From Candidatus Obscuribacteraceae bacterium (GTDB lineage Bacteria > Cyanobacteriota > Vampirovibrionia > Obscuribacterales > Obscuribacteraceae): a DNA stretch of 64,000 bases. The stretch is taken from positions 348,793 through 412,792 of the forward strand of contig JBGAHS010000010.1 in NCBI GenBank assembly GCA_044226015.1, written 5' to 3'. Numbering within the stretch: position 1 is the first letter of the stretch; every line of letters starts with the position of its first letter. The position numbers and the translations under genes were made by a program. The notes beneath the pieces are model-generated. The model did no database searches. It saw only the letters and a list, made by a program, of their open reading frames with translations, and was not told where the DNA came from. Below, one piece after another: positions 41,470 through 49,761 of this stretch.

Positions 41470-41502
41470 AAAACTTGCCTGCGATTGCTGGACAGGCAAG
41501 TT
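41469..41502 (-). terminator. Hairpin between convergent kinase and aspS genes (likely aspS terminator)
   Basis: AACTTGCCTG/CAGGCAAGTT stem; T run on the minus strand. Confidence 0.55.
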
Positions 41503-41515
41503 CATCCTGGCTTGA

Positions 41516-42814
41516 TTACGGACTGATTCTAGTTCTGTCTCTCGGAAATAGGGAGGCTTCACGAACGTTTTTTAGATTGAGTAGTTGTTTCGCGAGACGT
41601 TCTAATCCTATGGCTAAACCGCCATGAGCAGGCATTCCGTACTTGAAACATTGCAGATAGTCGGTGAAACTTTCCACCTGCATTCCTCTCGATTCGATAG
41701 AGCCACATAGCTGCTCATAGTTGTGAATTCGTTGTCCTCCGGTCGTGATTTCCAAGCCACGGAAAAGTAAGTCGAAGCTGTGGCTAGCTGCAGTTCCTTG
41801 TTCAGGCATTGCATAGAATGGACGAACACCCCATGGATAATGCGTGAGGTAAACGAATTCGCAGGCTTCTGTTTTTTCCATGTACTCGCAGAGCAGTCTC
41901 TCAGCTTCTGGGTCGAGGTCTTCGCCCTCGCCTTTCCATCCCATTTTGCTGTGCAGAATTTCCGCTGCTTCAGAGAGCTTTAGCTGCGGAATAAACTCAA
42001 ATCTTGGAACTTTCGCTCCAAATAGTTCAAGTTCGGCTTTGCAGTTTTCCGAGAGCGATTGAAGCATGTGTTTCAGCAATTTCATTTGCATATTGATGAC
42101 GGTTTGTTCGCTTTCGATAAAGCCCATCTCAAAGTCCATGCTTACATATTCATTCAAATGCCTCGAAGTGCTGTGCTCTTCAGCGCGATAGACAGGTCCG
42201 ATCTCAAAAACTCTTTCGAATACACCCACCATTATTTGTTTATAGAACTGAGGGCTCTGCGCCAGGTAAGCCGTGCGTCCGAAATAATCGATGCTGAACA
42301 GCGAAGCACCGCCTTCGGTGCCAGTTGCGACGATTTTGGGCGAGTGAATTTCAGTAAATCCTTCGCTATTCAGGAATTCTCGAAATGACCGGCAAAGCTC
42401 TGCTTCTATCTTGAAAATAGAGCGAATCTTGTTATTTCGAAGCGTTAATGGTCGATATTCTAAAAGTGCATTTAGAGAAAGTGATTCCATTTTTTTCTCA
42501 CGAGAGATTTCGACAGGTAGATTACCTTCGCTTGTTGCAGAGAGTATTTCGAGCCCGGTTGCATGCAACTCAAGTTCTTCGGGCTTTCGTTCAATCGGAC
42601 GCAAAACGCCATTTACTTTAACCACAGACTCGGGATTCAAAACTGCGGCTTGCTCGACAAGGTCTGGACGCTCGACAACAACTTGAGTGAGCCCATTTCT
42701 GTTTCTAACAAGCAGAAAAACGAGCGCACCAAAACGTCGTACTGCATAGATTTGCCCAGTAATCGTTTCTGTCTTGGCGTTAAAGCAGCCGCCACCCTGA
42801 ATACCTGGTTCCAT
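41516..42814 (-). CDS. aspS: Aspartate--tRNA(Asp/Asn) ligase, short archaeal/eukaryotic type, probably non-discriminating
   Basis: 432 aa with no GAD insert; YLAQSPQFYKQ, VYRAEEHSTSRHLNE, EITTGGQR, PAHGGLAIGLERL; Pro in the short L1 loop (ERKPEE) as in ND enzymes. Confidence 0.9.
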   Translation of the reverse strand: MEPGIQGGGCFNAKTETITGQIYAVRRFGALVFLLVRNRNGLTQVVVERPDLVEQAAVLNPESVVKVNGVLRPIERKPEELELHATGLEILSATSEGNLPVEISREKKMESLSLNALLEYRPLTLRNNKIRSIFKIEAELCRSFREFLNSEGFTEIHSPKIVATGTEGGASLFSIDYFGRTAYLAQSPQFYKQIMVGVFERVFEIGPVYRAEEHSTSRHLNEYVSMDFEMGFIESEQTVINMQMKLLKHMLQSLSENCKAELELFGAKVPRFEFIPQLKLSEAAEILHSKMGWKGEGEDLDPEAERLLCEYMEKTEACEFVYLTHYPWGVRPFYAMPEQGTAASHSFDLLFRGLEITTGGQRIHNYEQLCGSIESRGMQVESFTDYLQCFKYGMPAHGGLAIGLERLAKQLLNLKNVREASLFPRDRTRISP

Positions 42815-42826
42815 AAAAAATACTCC

Positions 42827-42866
42827 AAACGAAGAGAGGTCCGCCCTTTCTGCTGGCGGACCTCTC
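42827..42866 (-). terminator. Attenuator terminator hairpin upstream of aspS
   Basis: 12-bp stem GAGAGGTCCGCC/GGCGGACCTCTC followed by TTCGTTT, just before the aspS RBS (GGAG). Confidence 0.75.
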
Positions 42867-42889
42867 GGAACTTTTCTCTTTTTATCTAC

Positions 42890-43027
42890 TTAACGATAAT
42901 CGAGAGACCACCAGCGAATTCTTCTAGCGTCGTCATTATTATCGTCATTATTATTGTTGGCAGAAAATGGCTCAGCGCTGCGTGCGTTGAGGCGATTATT
43001 GATTGATAGTGTCTCCACCAATTTCAC
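42890..43027 (-). CDS. Asn/Asp-rich leader peptide of aspS (45 aa; not in ORF track)
   Basis: GGAG-7nt-GTG; MKLVETLSINNRLNARSAEPFSANNNNDDNNDDARRIRWWSLDYR*; ten consecutive Asn/Asp codons at 42929-42958. Confidence 0.82.
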   Translation of the reverse strand: MKLVETLSINNRLNARSAEPFSANNNNDDNNDDARRIRWWSLDYR

Positions 43028-43052
43028 TTATCTGCTCCATGAACTTGAGAAC

Positions 43053-43081
43053 ATGCTAGAACCGGGACTGAAAACAGTCAA
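43053..43081 (-). promoter_or_regulatory. Sigma70-type promoter for leader peptide-aspS
   Basis: TTGACT-17 nt-TAGCAT on the minus strand. Confidence 0.65.
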
Positions 43082-43163
43082 GGCTTTGTAATTCAACTTA
43101 TATTCACAATTCTACTCGATTTGTTCTATATAGATGGAATTAGATAGATGGAATTAGAACCAA

Positions 43164-45239
43164 TCACGGTGACGTATCAAGTTTATCGGCGTCTTTGTCT
43201 AGAGTTGCTTCTAGTTTCTTCACTTCTATCTTGAGCTTATTCGCCTTTTCCGTATATTCGGGGCGTTCGTAGAGATCGTAGGTGAGAATCATGCCATTCA
43301 ATGCATCTCTAAGAGTCTCTTTGTCGTCAGGGAGGTGCTCTCTCGTCCAAGAAAGTGCTTGCTCAATTTCATCTCTTGCGTGGTTAAACTGAGGCAACTG
43401 TGAGTTTTCATTTCTGTCCAATTGCCCTAGTGCGAGCACTGCTTGAATTTTCATCTTCCAGGCTTCTTTGCTATCTGGGTTCTTTGGGCAGGCCGCGATT
43501 GCTTCTTTGAGCACTCGTCGTTGATCACTTCCTCTTCCTTGCCCACGAAAGCATTCTGCAAGTGAAAGCCTGAATCTTACGGTCGATCGCCAGTCTCTTA
43601 TTTCCATTTTGTCGAAAACTGCGATTGCTTTTTTGAGCAACAATTCTTGCCGTTCGACTGATCTAATGGATAGCTTATCCGCGCATCGGGCTATTATGTC
43701 TGAAAATGCTGCTGCTTGTTGCGCCCTCTCTTCGCTGTCGGTGCGGCTTGCGGGAACTGTTTGCCAGGATTTCAAAAGTTCCATAAGATTGTCATATTCA
43801 CTGTATACCTTTTCTGTAGAAAGGTGTGACAGTGCCTTGTTCGCCTCTTCTTGATCTGAATAGCGACGGGCCTTTCCATACGCATTGCTTAGCTTCTTCA
43901 AAGTTGTTTCTAGCCGACTTTTATTATCGCCAAATTTTTCAGCAAGTTTTTTTGCCTCTTCTAATTCCTTTATGGCATCGTTGTACTGTTTGTCGCGTAT
44001 GAGGTCATCAGAAACAGTGAGGTGCCGTTGCCAGAGCATCTTGCTAAATAATGTTCCAGAGTCTCCTTCGGGTCCGTTAAATAGAAATAGCCACCACGCT
44101 GAAACTGCAATGAGAAGCATCGTTGTTGTTGCTACAGAAACAGTCAATATAATTTTGAGCTGTCGCTGCTGCTTAGTTTCGCCGCTCTCCTTTACTCCGG
44201 CAAATTCATGAGATCCTGTGTTGCTTCCGGTAGCGTTGGGCAGAGGCTGTGCAAGTTTCACATTGTCAGCTATCGCTGCGTCAACTAACGCAAGTTTCAA
44301 TTCTTTGACTGATTGATATCGGTCTTCAGGATTTTTTTCCAGGCACTTCAAAATGACCGCCTCTATATGCGGTGGCACGTTGAGGTTGTTTGTCTTCTCT
44401 GCAAATGGTTTAGGTTTTTCGCTAATATGTTTGACGACCGTATTAATAAACGTGTCGCCAACCAGCGGTGGCTCTCCTGCAAGTGCTTCGTACATCAGGC
44501 AACCGAAGGAGTAAATGTCTGAGCGCTCGTCAACTTTGCCGCCATTGCATTGCTCAGGACTCATGTAAGCAGGTGTACCGAAAATTTCACCCGCTTGTGT
44601 CAGTTGCTGCGGTTTTTCACCCTCTGTAATTTTCATAACCTTAGCGATGCCGAAGTCCACAAGTTTGACCAGGTCGCTTCCGTCTTTTTGCTGGCTGATC
44701 ACTAAATTAGAAGGCTTGATGTCGCGATGAACAATTCCCTCACCATGTGCATCTTCCAGTCCTTCGCAAGCCTGAAGAAAATAATCGATTCCTTGTGCAA
44801 CCGGCAAACGTACCTTGTCTTCAAGAAGTTCTGCCAGGCTTTTGCCCTCCAGGCAATCCATAACAAAATAGGCTTGCCCATTGTGAGTGAAGCCAAAATC
44901 GTAGACTCCGACTACATTTCTGTGAGAGAGTGCGCTGGATGCTTCTGCTTCTTGTTGGAACCTTGCTTTCGCTGCGGGATCTCTTGTTGCCGATTCGTGC
45001 AATATTTTTATTGCGACTATACGTTTCATAAATTTGTGGCGAGCTTTATACACCCGGCTCATGCCACCCTCACCCAAAAGAGAGAGGATTTCGTATTTAT
45101 CTGCAAAGACTGTGCCGATTAATTTATCTGGTTTTGCATGTACGAGAACGGAACCATCATCGGGACATTCGATGGTTTCTGGAGGAAATTCTTTATCGCA
45201 CTGTGGGCACAATCCATTCCCACTGTTGTTATCCGACAC
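43164..45239 (-). CDS. Hanks-type Ser/Thr protein kinase with N-terminal Zn-ribbon-like motif, TM helix and helical/TPR-like C-terminal domain
   Basis: LGEGGMSRVY, VAIK, HRDIKPSN, DFG, GTPAYMSPEQ; CPQC..CPDD; TM near residue 365-385. Confidence 0.95.
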   Translation of the reverse strand: MSDNNSGNGLCPQCDKEFPPETIECPDDGSVLVHAKPDKLIGTVFADKYEILSLLGEGGMSRVYKARHKFMKRIVAIKILHESATRDPAAKARFQQEAEASSALSHRNVVGVYDFGFTHNGQAYFVMDCLEGKSLAELLEDKVRLPVAQGIDYFLQACEGLEDAHGEGIVHRDIKPSNLVISQQKDGSDLVKLVDFGIAKVMKITEGEKPQQLTQAGEIFGTPAYMSPEQCNGGKVDERSDIYSFGCLMYEALAGEPPLVGDTFINTVVKHISEKPKPFAEKTNNLNVPPHIEAVILKCLEKNPEDRYQSVKELKLALVDAAIADNVKLAQPLPNATGSNTGSHEFAGVKESGETKQQRQLKIILTVSVATTTMLLIAVSAWWLFLFNGPEGDSGTLFSKMLWQRHLTVSDDLIRDKQYNDAIKELEEAKKLAEKFGDNKSRLETTLKKLSNAYGKARRYSDQEEANKALSHLSTEKVYSEYDNLMELLKSWQTVPASRTDSEERAQQAAAFSDIIARCADKLSIRSVERQELLLKKAIAVFDKMEIRDWRSTVRFRLSLAECFRGQGRGSDQRRVLKEAIAACPKNPDSKEAWKMKIQAVLALGQLDRNENSQLPQFNHARDEIEQALSWTREHLPDDKETLRDALNGMILTYDLYERPEYTEKANKLKIEVKKLEATLDKDADKLDTSP

Positions 45240-45436
45240 TCAACCTTACCGCCCGCCTTGCTGATTGCATTGTACCCGAACTAATTCATTAGGCTACTTT
45301 TGCATGGTCTTCGGCTCTTTTGAAATTGAAGAATGGGCTGCTCTTTTCTCCTAAATCAACGCCAGTACTTTGTTTTTGGATGTGAAATCTAGTTTCTTCG
45401 GGTTGCCAAATATTGATAAAAACAGCATTTGACTTA

Positions 45437-46582
45437 CTAACCGGCAAGATCGGCAAATCTTGTGTACCAGTCTCCAGCTTCGCGACAAACTAACCCGGCT
45501 AGCTCTAACATAGTGAGCGTTGCCGATAGTTCACCTGCTTCCATTTCTGTTTGTTCGCACAGGGTGTCGAAATGAACGCGCTCTTGAGAGATTAGATCAT
45601 ATACCTCTCGCTCACGACCATAAAGTTGCACCACAGCAGCTTTTTCACGCTCAGGGCCACCTCTGGTCTTCGCCCAATTCATTGCAGTAAGTATGTCTTC
45701 AAAGCTGGTGCAGAGTTGAGCTTTTCCTTCTAATATCAGACGATTTGGTCCCTTTGACATTTCACTATCGACCCGTCCGGGAAATGCAAACAGCTCACGA
45801 TTTTGCTCGAACGCCAAGCGCCCGGTTATCAGGGATCCCGAAGTCAATTTTCCTTCAACGACAACTAGAGCCTGGCTGAGTCCGGCAATGATTCTATTTC
45901 TTGCTGGAAATCTGAATGGTTCTGGCTGTGTACCGGGAAAGTACTCTGAAATGATTGCTCCTTTTTCTTCGGACAATATTTGCTCATATAGATTTTGGTT
46001 GGCGGGAGGATAACAAATATCTGCACCGCATCCTAAAACAGCAATTGTGGGTGAGCCGCCACTGATTGCTCCCCTGTGCGCCAGTGCATCGCACCCGAGT
46101 GCAAGACCGCTCACAATTGTCACCCCATGGGCCGAAAGACCTTCAGCCACGTCAAATGCCAGCTTCTTTCCATAGGGTGTTGGGTAGCGAGTTCCTACAA
46201 TACCAACAACATGGTTCATTGCCTCTGGTTCTAGCTTTCCCGCCACAAATAGGATAATCGGAGCATCATGAATATGACGCAGCCTGAGGGGATAGTGTGG
46301 GTCTTTCCATGTCCAGGCTTGGAATCCTGAGTTCCTTAAGCGCTCCAAAAGTTTGTAGGGATCAATTTCTCGCTGCGCCTTTAGCAAAGTGGCTACGCGC
46401 TCGGTACCAAGTCCCTTGATTCTTTCAAGAACCCGTTCTGGCGCATTCCAGGCTGTTTTCAGGCTCTGCAGCTGCTCATCGAGCCTTGCGATTCTGGCTG
46501 GTCCAAATCCATTCAGCTCATTAAACGCCAACCAGTGAGCCAGCTCGTCCTCGCTAAGTCCATCTTGGTTCTCTTCTGGCAC
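45437..46582 (-). CDS. dprA: DNA-processing protein DprA (Smf)
   Basis: IVGTR, IVSGLALGCD, FPARNRIIAGLS, SGSLIT, C-terminal LTMLELAG. Confidence 0.96.
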   Translation of the reverse strand: MPEENQDGLSEDELAHWLAFNELNGFGPARIARLDEQLQSLKTAWNAPERVLERIKGLGTERVATLLKAQREIDPYKLLERLRNSGFQAWTWKDPHYPLRLRHIHDAPIILFVAGKLEPEAMNHVVGIVGTRYPTPYGKKLAFDVAEGLSAHGVTIVSGLALGCDALAHRGAISGGSPTIAVLGCGADICYPPANQNLYEQILSEEKGAIISEYFPGTQPEPFRFPARNRIIAGLSQALVVVEGKLTSGSLITGRLAFEQNRELFAFPGRVDSEMSKGPNRLILEGKAQLCTSFEDILTAMNWAKTRGGPEREKAAVVQLYGREREVYDLISQERVHFDTLCEQTEMEAGELSATLTMLELAGLVCREAGDWYTRFADLAG

Positions 46583-46765
46583 GATTTAATTTCCTCTCGA
46601 CAGCTAATTCGTGATTCCACCAGTGGCAGCTTATCTAGTTCTCAATATACTGAAATCTAAAGCACGGCTTGATGCTGTGCTCTGTTAATAATGCCGGTTT
46701 TTCTGCAAAGAAAAATTTCTTACGGCGTGGTTTGAGCCCCACTTCTAAAACATTAGCAGGATAAA

Positions 46766-47512
46766 TTGAAAATACGTACTTTTCTAATGTCAGCAGGAAA
46801 GCCGCTTACTATCAGCTTTTTCGCATATTTTTTCGGGTTTTTCTTACCGATGTCTACACCTGCGTTCGCGCAAGAAGGTGCTTTGGCACAAGGACATCCA
46901 ATTCCTAGATTTGCGCTGTCGGCAAGTCACCAGGACAACATAAGTCCTCCGGCAAGCAGTATGCCAAAAAGCAATTCAATGCCATGGGTTAGTTCCAGCA
47001 TTGGTGGCGCTCCAGCTATGATGCCGATGCAGGGTCGCACCGCTCAAAGCAGACCAATTGCGGCATTGCCGATGATTCCGCCTCCGGCAGCGAGTGAAGA
47101 CCGACCGAATTCCTACATGGAGGAATACCAGGTGAGTTGGTCTCCCTGGATACAGAATTTAGCCAATCGGTGGCACCGAGTACTTAAGGATAGCGAAGAG
47201 TTACTTGGTGTTGAATTTCAGACTGCAAGGCCAGCACTAATTCAGTTCACCTGCTATGCTGATGGACGTATAGGTAATGTGGTGTTGAGGCAAAGCTCTG
47301 GTGTACCTGTTTACGACAAAATGCAAGTTCTGTCGTTAATGGAAGTGGCTCCACTGGAACCGTTTCCGCAAGGAACTCAGAAACGCAGTATTACTCTGAT
47401 TCAGGGCTGGGAATCGCATCTCAAGCAACCTGGAGAACAGGAATTCAACACACGTGCTTTTGCCAATCGCTATCCGCTGGAGAAAGTAAACCGATGGATT
47501 TCCAAGCAATAA
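46766..47512 (+). CDS. Exported protein with TonB/TolA C-terminal-like domain
   Basis: Signal peptide; FTCYADGRIGNVVLRQSSG..YD....APLEPFP. Confidence 0.75.
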   Translation: MKIRTFLMSAGKPLTISFFAYFFGFFLPMSTPAFAQEGALAQGHPIPRFALSASHQDNISPPASSMPKSNSMPWVSSSIGGAPAMMPMQGRTAQSRPIAALPMIPPPAASEDRPNSYMEEYQVSWSPWIQNLANRWHRVLKDSEELLGVEFQTARPALIQFTCYADGRIGNVVLRQSSGVPVYDKMQVLSLMEVAPLEPFPQGTQKRSITLIQGWESHLKQPGEQEFNTRAFANRYPLEKVNRWISKQ

Positions 47513-49647
47513 GAGTCTCGCTAAAGAGAAAACTTATTGTTGCTTTTTCGATTTCTTTGCTCGCTGGAACCTTTGCATACGCAGGCTATATCCCCGACGC
47601 ATCCTGCGCAACCAGTAATGCGCAGACTCTGGAAAAACTTGAGAACTGGCTGTTTTTTGCCACCTTTCCAACTGAAAGCGATGAAGACAGAATAAAGCGG
47701 TTGGAAGAGCGCACTTTTGGGGAAGCCTCTTCCGGCGATATTTCTGAGCGCTTGAAAAAATTGGATGAGCTTCTTTCTGAAAGGCAAAAAGAGAAGGAAG
47801 CTGCAAATCCACCACCGTCATCATCTCCATCTTCTTCTAGTGCGGAGAAGACTCCGGCTGCTCAACCTGACACTGCTCCTGACCCAGCTAGAGAAGCTGA
47901 GTTAGCAAAAGAACGCGAGCGAATTCGAGTGCAGGCTGCGCGTGAAAGAGAAATGGAAGATCTGCTACGAGAGGCTTCTAAGCTATTTCGCGCACACCGA
48001 CAACAAGAAGCGCTTGAGCAGTTCGAACAGGTTTTGCGTTTAGACCCGCAAAATGCAGAAGCGAATTTCAGTATAGGTATTATAAAAGAATCGCAAGGCA
48101 AGCTGAAAGAAGCAAAACAACACTATTCAATTGCATCACAGAAGGATCCTGGTAATAAAGATTATACCGATGCAATCGCTGCAGTGACTAAACGAATAAA
48201 TACAGTTGACCCTTCGAAAGCGTTAGAAGACAAAGCGACACAGGCGTTTAAGAACGCCGATTATATAACAGCGGTGAATCTGTTCAAACAGATTGATGAT
48301 AAGAATCCGAAGCAAGCAAACATCAAATATGGGTTGGGAACAACTTATTTGATGATGAAGAACTATTTCAACGCGCTTGAGAATTTTAAAATCGCTTATC
48401 AGCTCGAGCCAAACAATGAGAAGTACGCTAAAGCATTCAACGAGTTGTCTGCTGAGATGTCCAAGCATCAGGCTGAACAGCAGGCGATCGAAACTCAATA
48501 CAATGGCGGCGGAACTAATGCCACCGGTGCTGGTGGTGGTGTTATGGGGGGGGCTATGACCCAACCCGGCATGAGAATGCCGGCGCAAGGAAGTAGGCCG
48601 CCGCTGGGATATCAGAACCAGGGCATGCAACAGCGACCGATGCAGTCAAATATGCAGCAGCCTATGCTGCAACAAAATATGCAGCAGCGACCGATGCAAG
48701 GCATGGGAAATTATAACCCCCAAATGCAACAAGGCTATGGGAACTATCCTCAGCAGCAAGCCATGCGTCCGAACCCGCAGATGTCGCAACAAGGAAACTA
48801 CTCGGGAGGCTCTAGTTCTGGAACCTACATACCTCCTGACCCGCAGCTCTACAGCACCAAGCAGAATAAGGAGTCTCCAAAAGCATCAAAGGCTGCTAAA
48901 GGAAAGAAGCCTGAAACCCAAGCTGCTGGCGGAACACAAGGCGGCGCTGGTGGACAGCAAGGCGGATATGGTGGCGGCCAGCAAGGCGGATATGGTGGCG
49001 GCCAGCAAGGCGGATATGGTGGCGGCCAGCAAGGCGGATATGGCGGCGGGCAGCAAGGCGGCTATGGTGGCGGTCAGCAAGGCGGATATGGTGTCGGCCA
49101 GCAAGGCGGATATGGTGGCAGTCAGCAAACCGGATATGGTGGCGGACAGCAAGGCGGATATGGTGGCGGACAGCAAACCGGATATGGTGGCGGACAGCAA
49201 ACCGGATATGGTGGCGGACAGCAAACCGGATATGGTGGCAGTCAGCAAACCGGATATGGTGGCGGTCAACAGGGTGGAAACGGTGGCGGTCAGATGGGAA
49301 TGAACCCCAACTATGCACCTCCTCCACAATCTGCACCGCAAGGTGCCTTCGACCCGAAGCTCGCTCAACGGTTGAACAGCGCTTCCTCAGGTGGACAGGT
49401 TGACCCCATGAGCAACTATGGACTCTCTGGCAAAGCCAGTGAAGAAGGTGTTATGGTCACCGGAATACGCTCGGGAACGCGTGCGGCCAGAAGCGGACTT
49501 AAGAAAGGCGATGTGATTAGAACTGTTGATGGTAATGAAGTGATGCAGCCGGATCAACTTAACCAGGTGCTATCACAATATGGTGAGGGGCAGACCTTGC
49601 CTATCCTTATTTTCAGAGAAGGAAATCTTACTCCGATTCAGTTTTAA
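47494..49647 (+). CDS. Exported TPR protein with Gln/Gly/Tyr low-complexity region and C-terminal PDZ domain
   Basis: Signal peptide; TPR units; GVMVTGIRSGTRAARSGLKKGDVI..VDG PDZ motif. Confidence 0.85.
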   Translation: MDFQAIRVSLKRKLIVAFSISLLAGTFAYAGYIPDASCATSNAQTLEKLENWLFFATFPTESDEDRIKRLEERTFGEASSGDISERLKKLDELLSERQKEKEAANPPPSSSPSSSSAEKTPAAQPDTAPDPAREAELAKERERIRVQAAREREMEDLLREASKLFRAHRQQEALEQFEQVLRLDPQNAEANFSIGIIKESQGKLKEAKQHYSIASQKDPGNKDYTDAIAAVTKRINTVDPSKALEDKATQAFKNADYITAVNLFKQIDDKNPKQANIKYGLGTTYLMMKNYFNALENFKIAYQLEPNNEKYAKAFNELSAEMSKHQAEQQAIETQYNGGGTNATGAGGGVMGGAMTQPGMRMPAQGSRPPLGYQNQGMQQRPMQSNMQQPMLQQNMQQRPMQGMGNYNPQMQQGYGNYPQQQAMRPNPQMSQQGNYSGGSSSGTYIPPDPQLYSTKQNKESPKASKAAKGKKPETQAAGGTQGGAGGQQGGYGGGQQGGYGGGQQGGYGGGQQGGYGGGQQGGYGGGQQGGYGVGQQGGYGGSQQTGYGGGQQGGYGGGQQTGYGGGQQTGYGGGQQTGYGGSQQTGYGGGQQGGNGGGQMGMNPNYAPPPQSAPQGAFDPKLAQRLNSASSGGQVDPMSNYGLSGKASEEGVMVTGIRSGTRAARSGLKKGDVIRTVDGNEVMQPDQLNQVLSQYGEGQTLPILIFREGNLTPIQF
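48949..49284 (+). repeat. 24-bp coding tandem repeat x14 encoding GGQQGGYG/GGQQTGYG
   Basis: Counted directly in DNA and translation. Confidence 0.92.
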
Positions 49648-49761
49648 GAGGTTCACTGTTCATTTAATGATCTAATGAGTCTAGATTAACAACTATAAAT
49701 AGTATTTTGGATCTGCCCGGGTATACAGCTAGGGAGAGCAGGCTTTACTTGGAGAATATCG

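Noticed and set aside
42908..42913. Trp-Trp codons in the leader as a tryptophan sensor
   Set aside because: TGGTGG lies in the antiterminator strand and is explained by pairing with CCGCCA; stalling there would block antitermination
42890..42925. T-box riboswitch upstream of aspS (GGTGG resembles the T-box)
   Set aside because: The GGTGGnACC consensus is incomplete, no stem I/specifier loop is evident, and the leader-peptide model explains the sequence better
42996..43040. Alternative 14-aa uORF (MEQISEIGGDTINQ) in the aspS leader
   Set aside because: No RBS, no control-codon run, and it ends before the regulatory helices
43131..43158. 14-bp direct repeat TAGATGGAATTAGA x2
   Set aside because: Only two copies just after a stop codon; likely a slippage duplication
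48737..49368. Alternative ORFs over the 24-bp repeat (ADMVAASK, RHHIRLAG, ATISALL repeats)
   Set aside because: Frame and antisense shadows of the GGQQGGYG array inside a longer coherent gene
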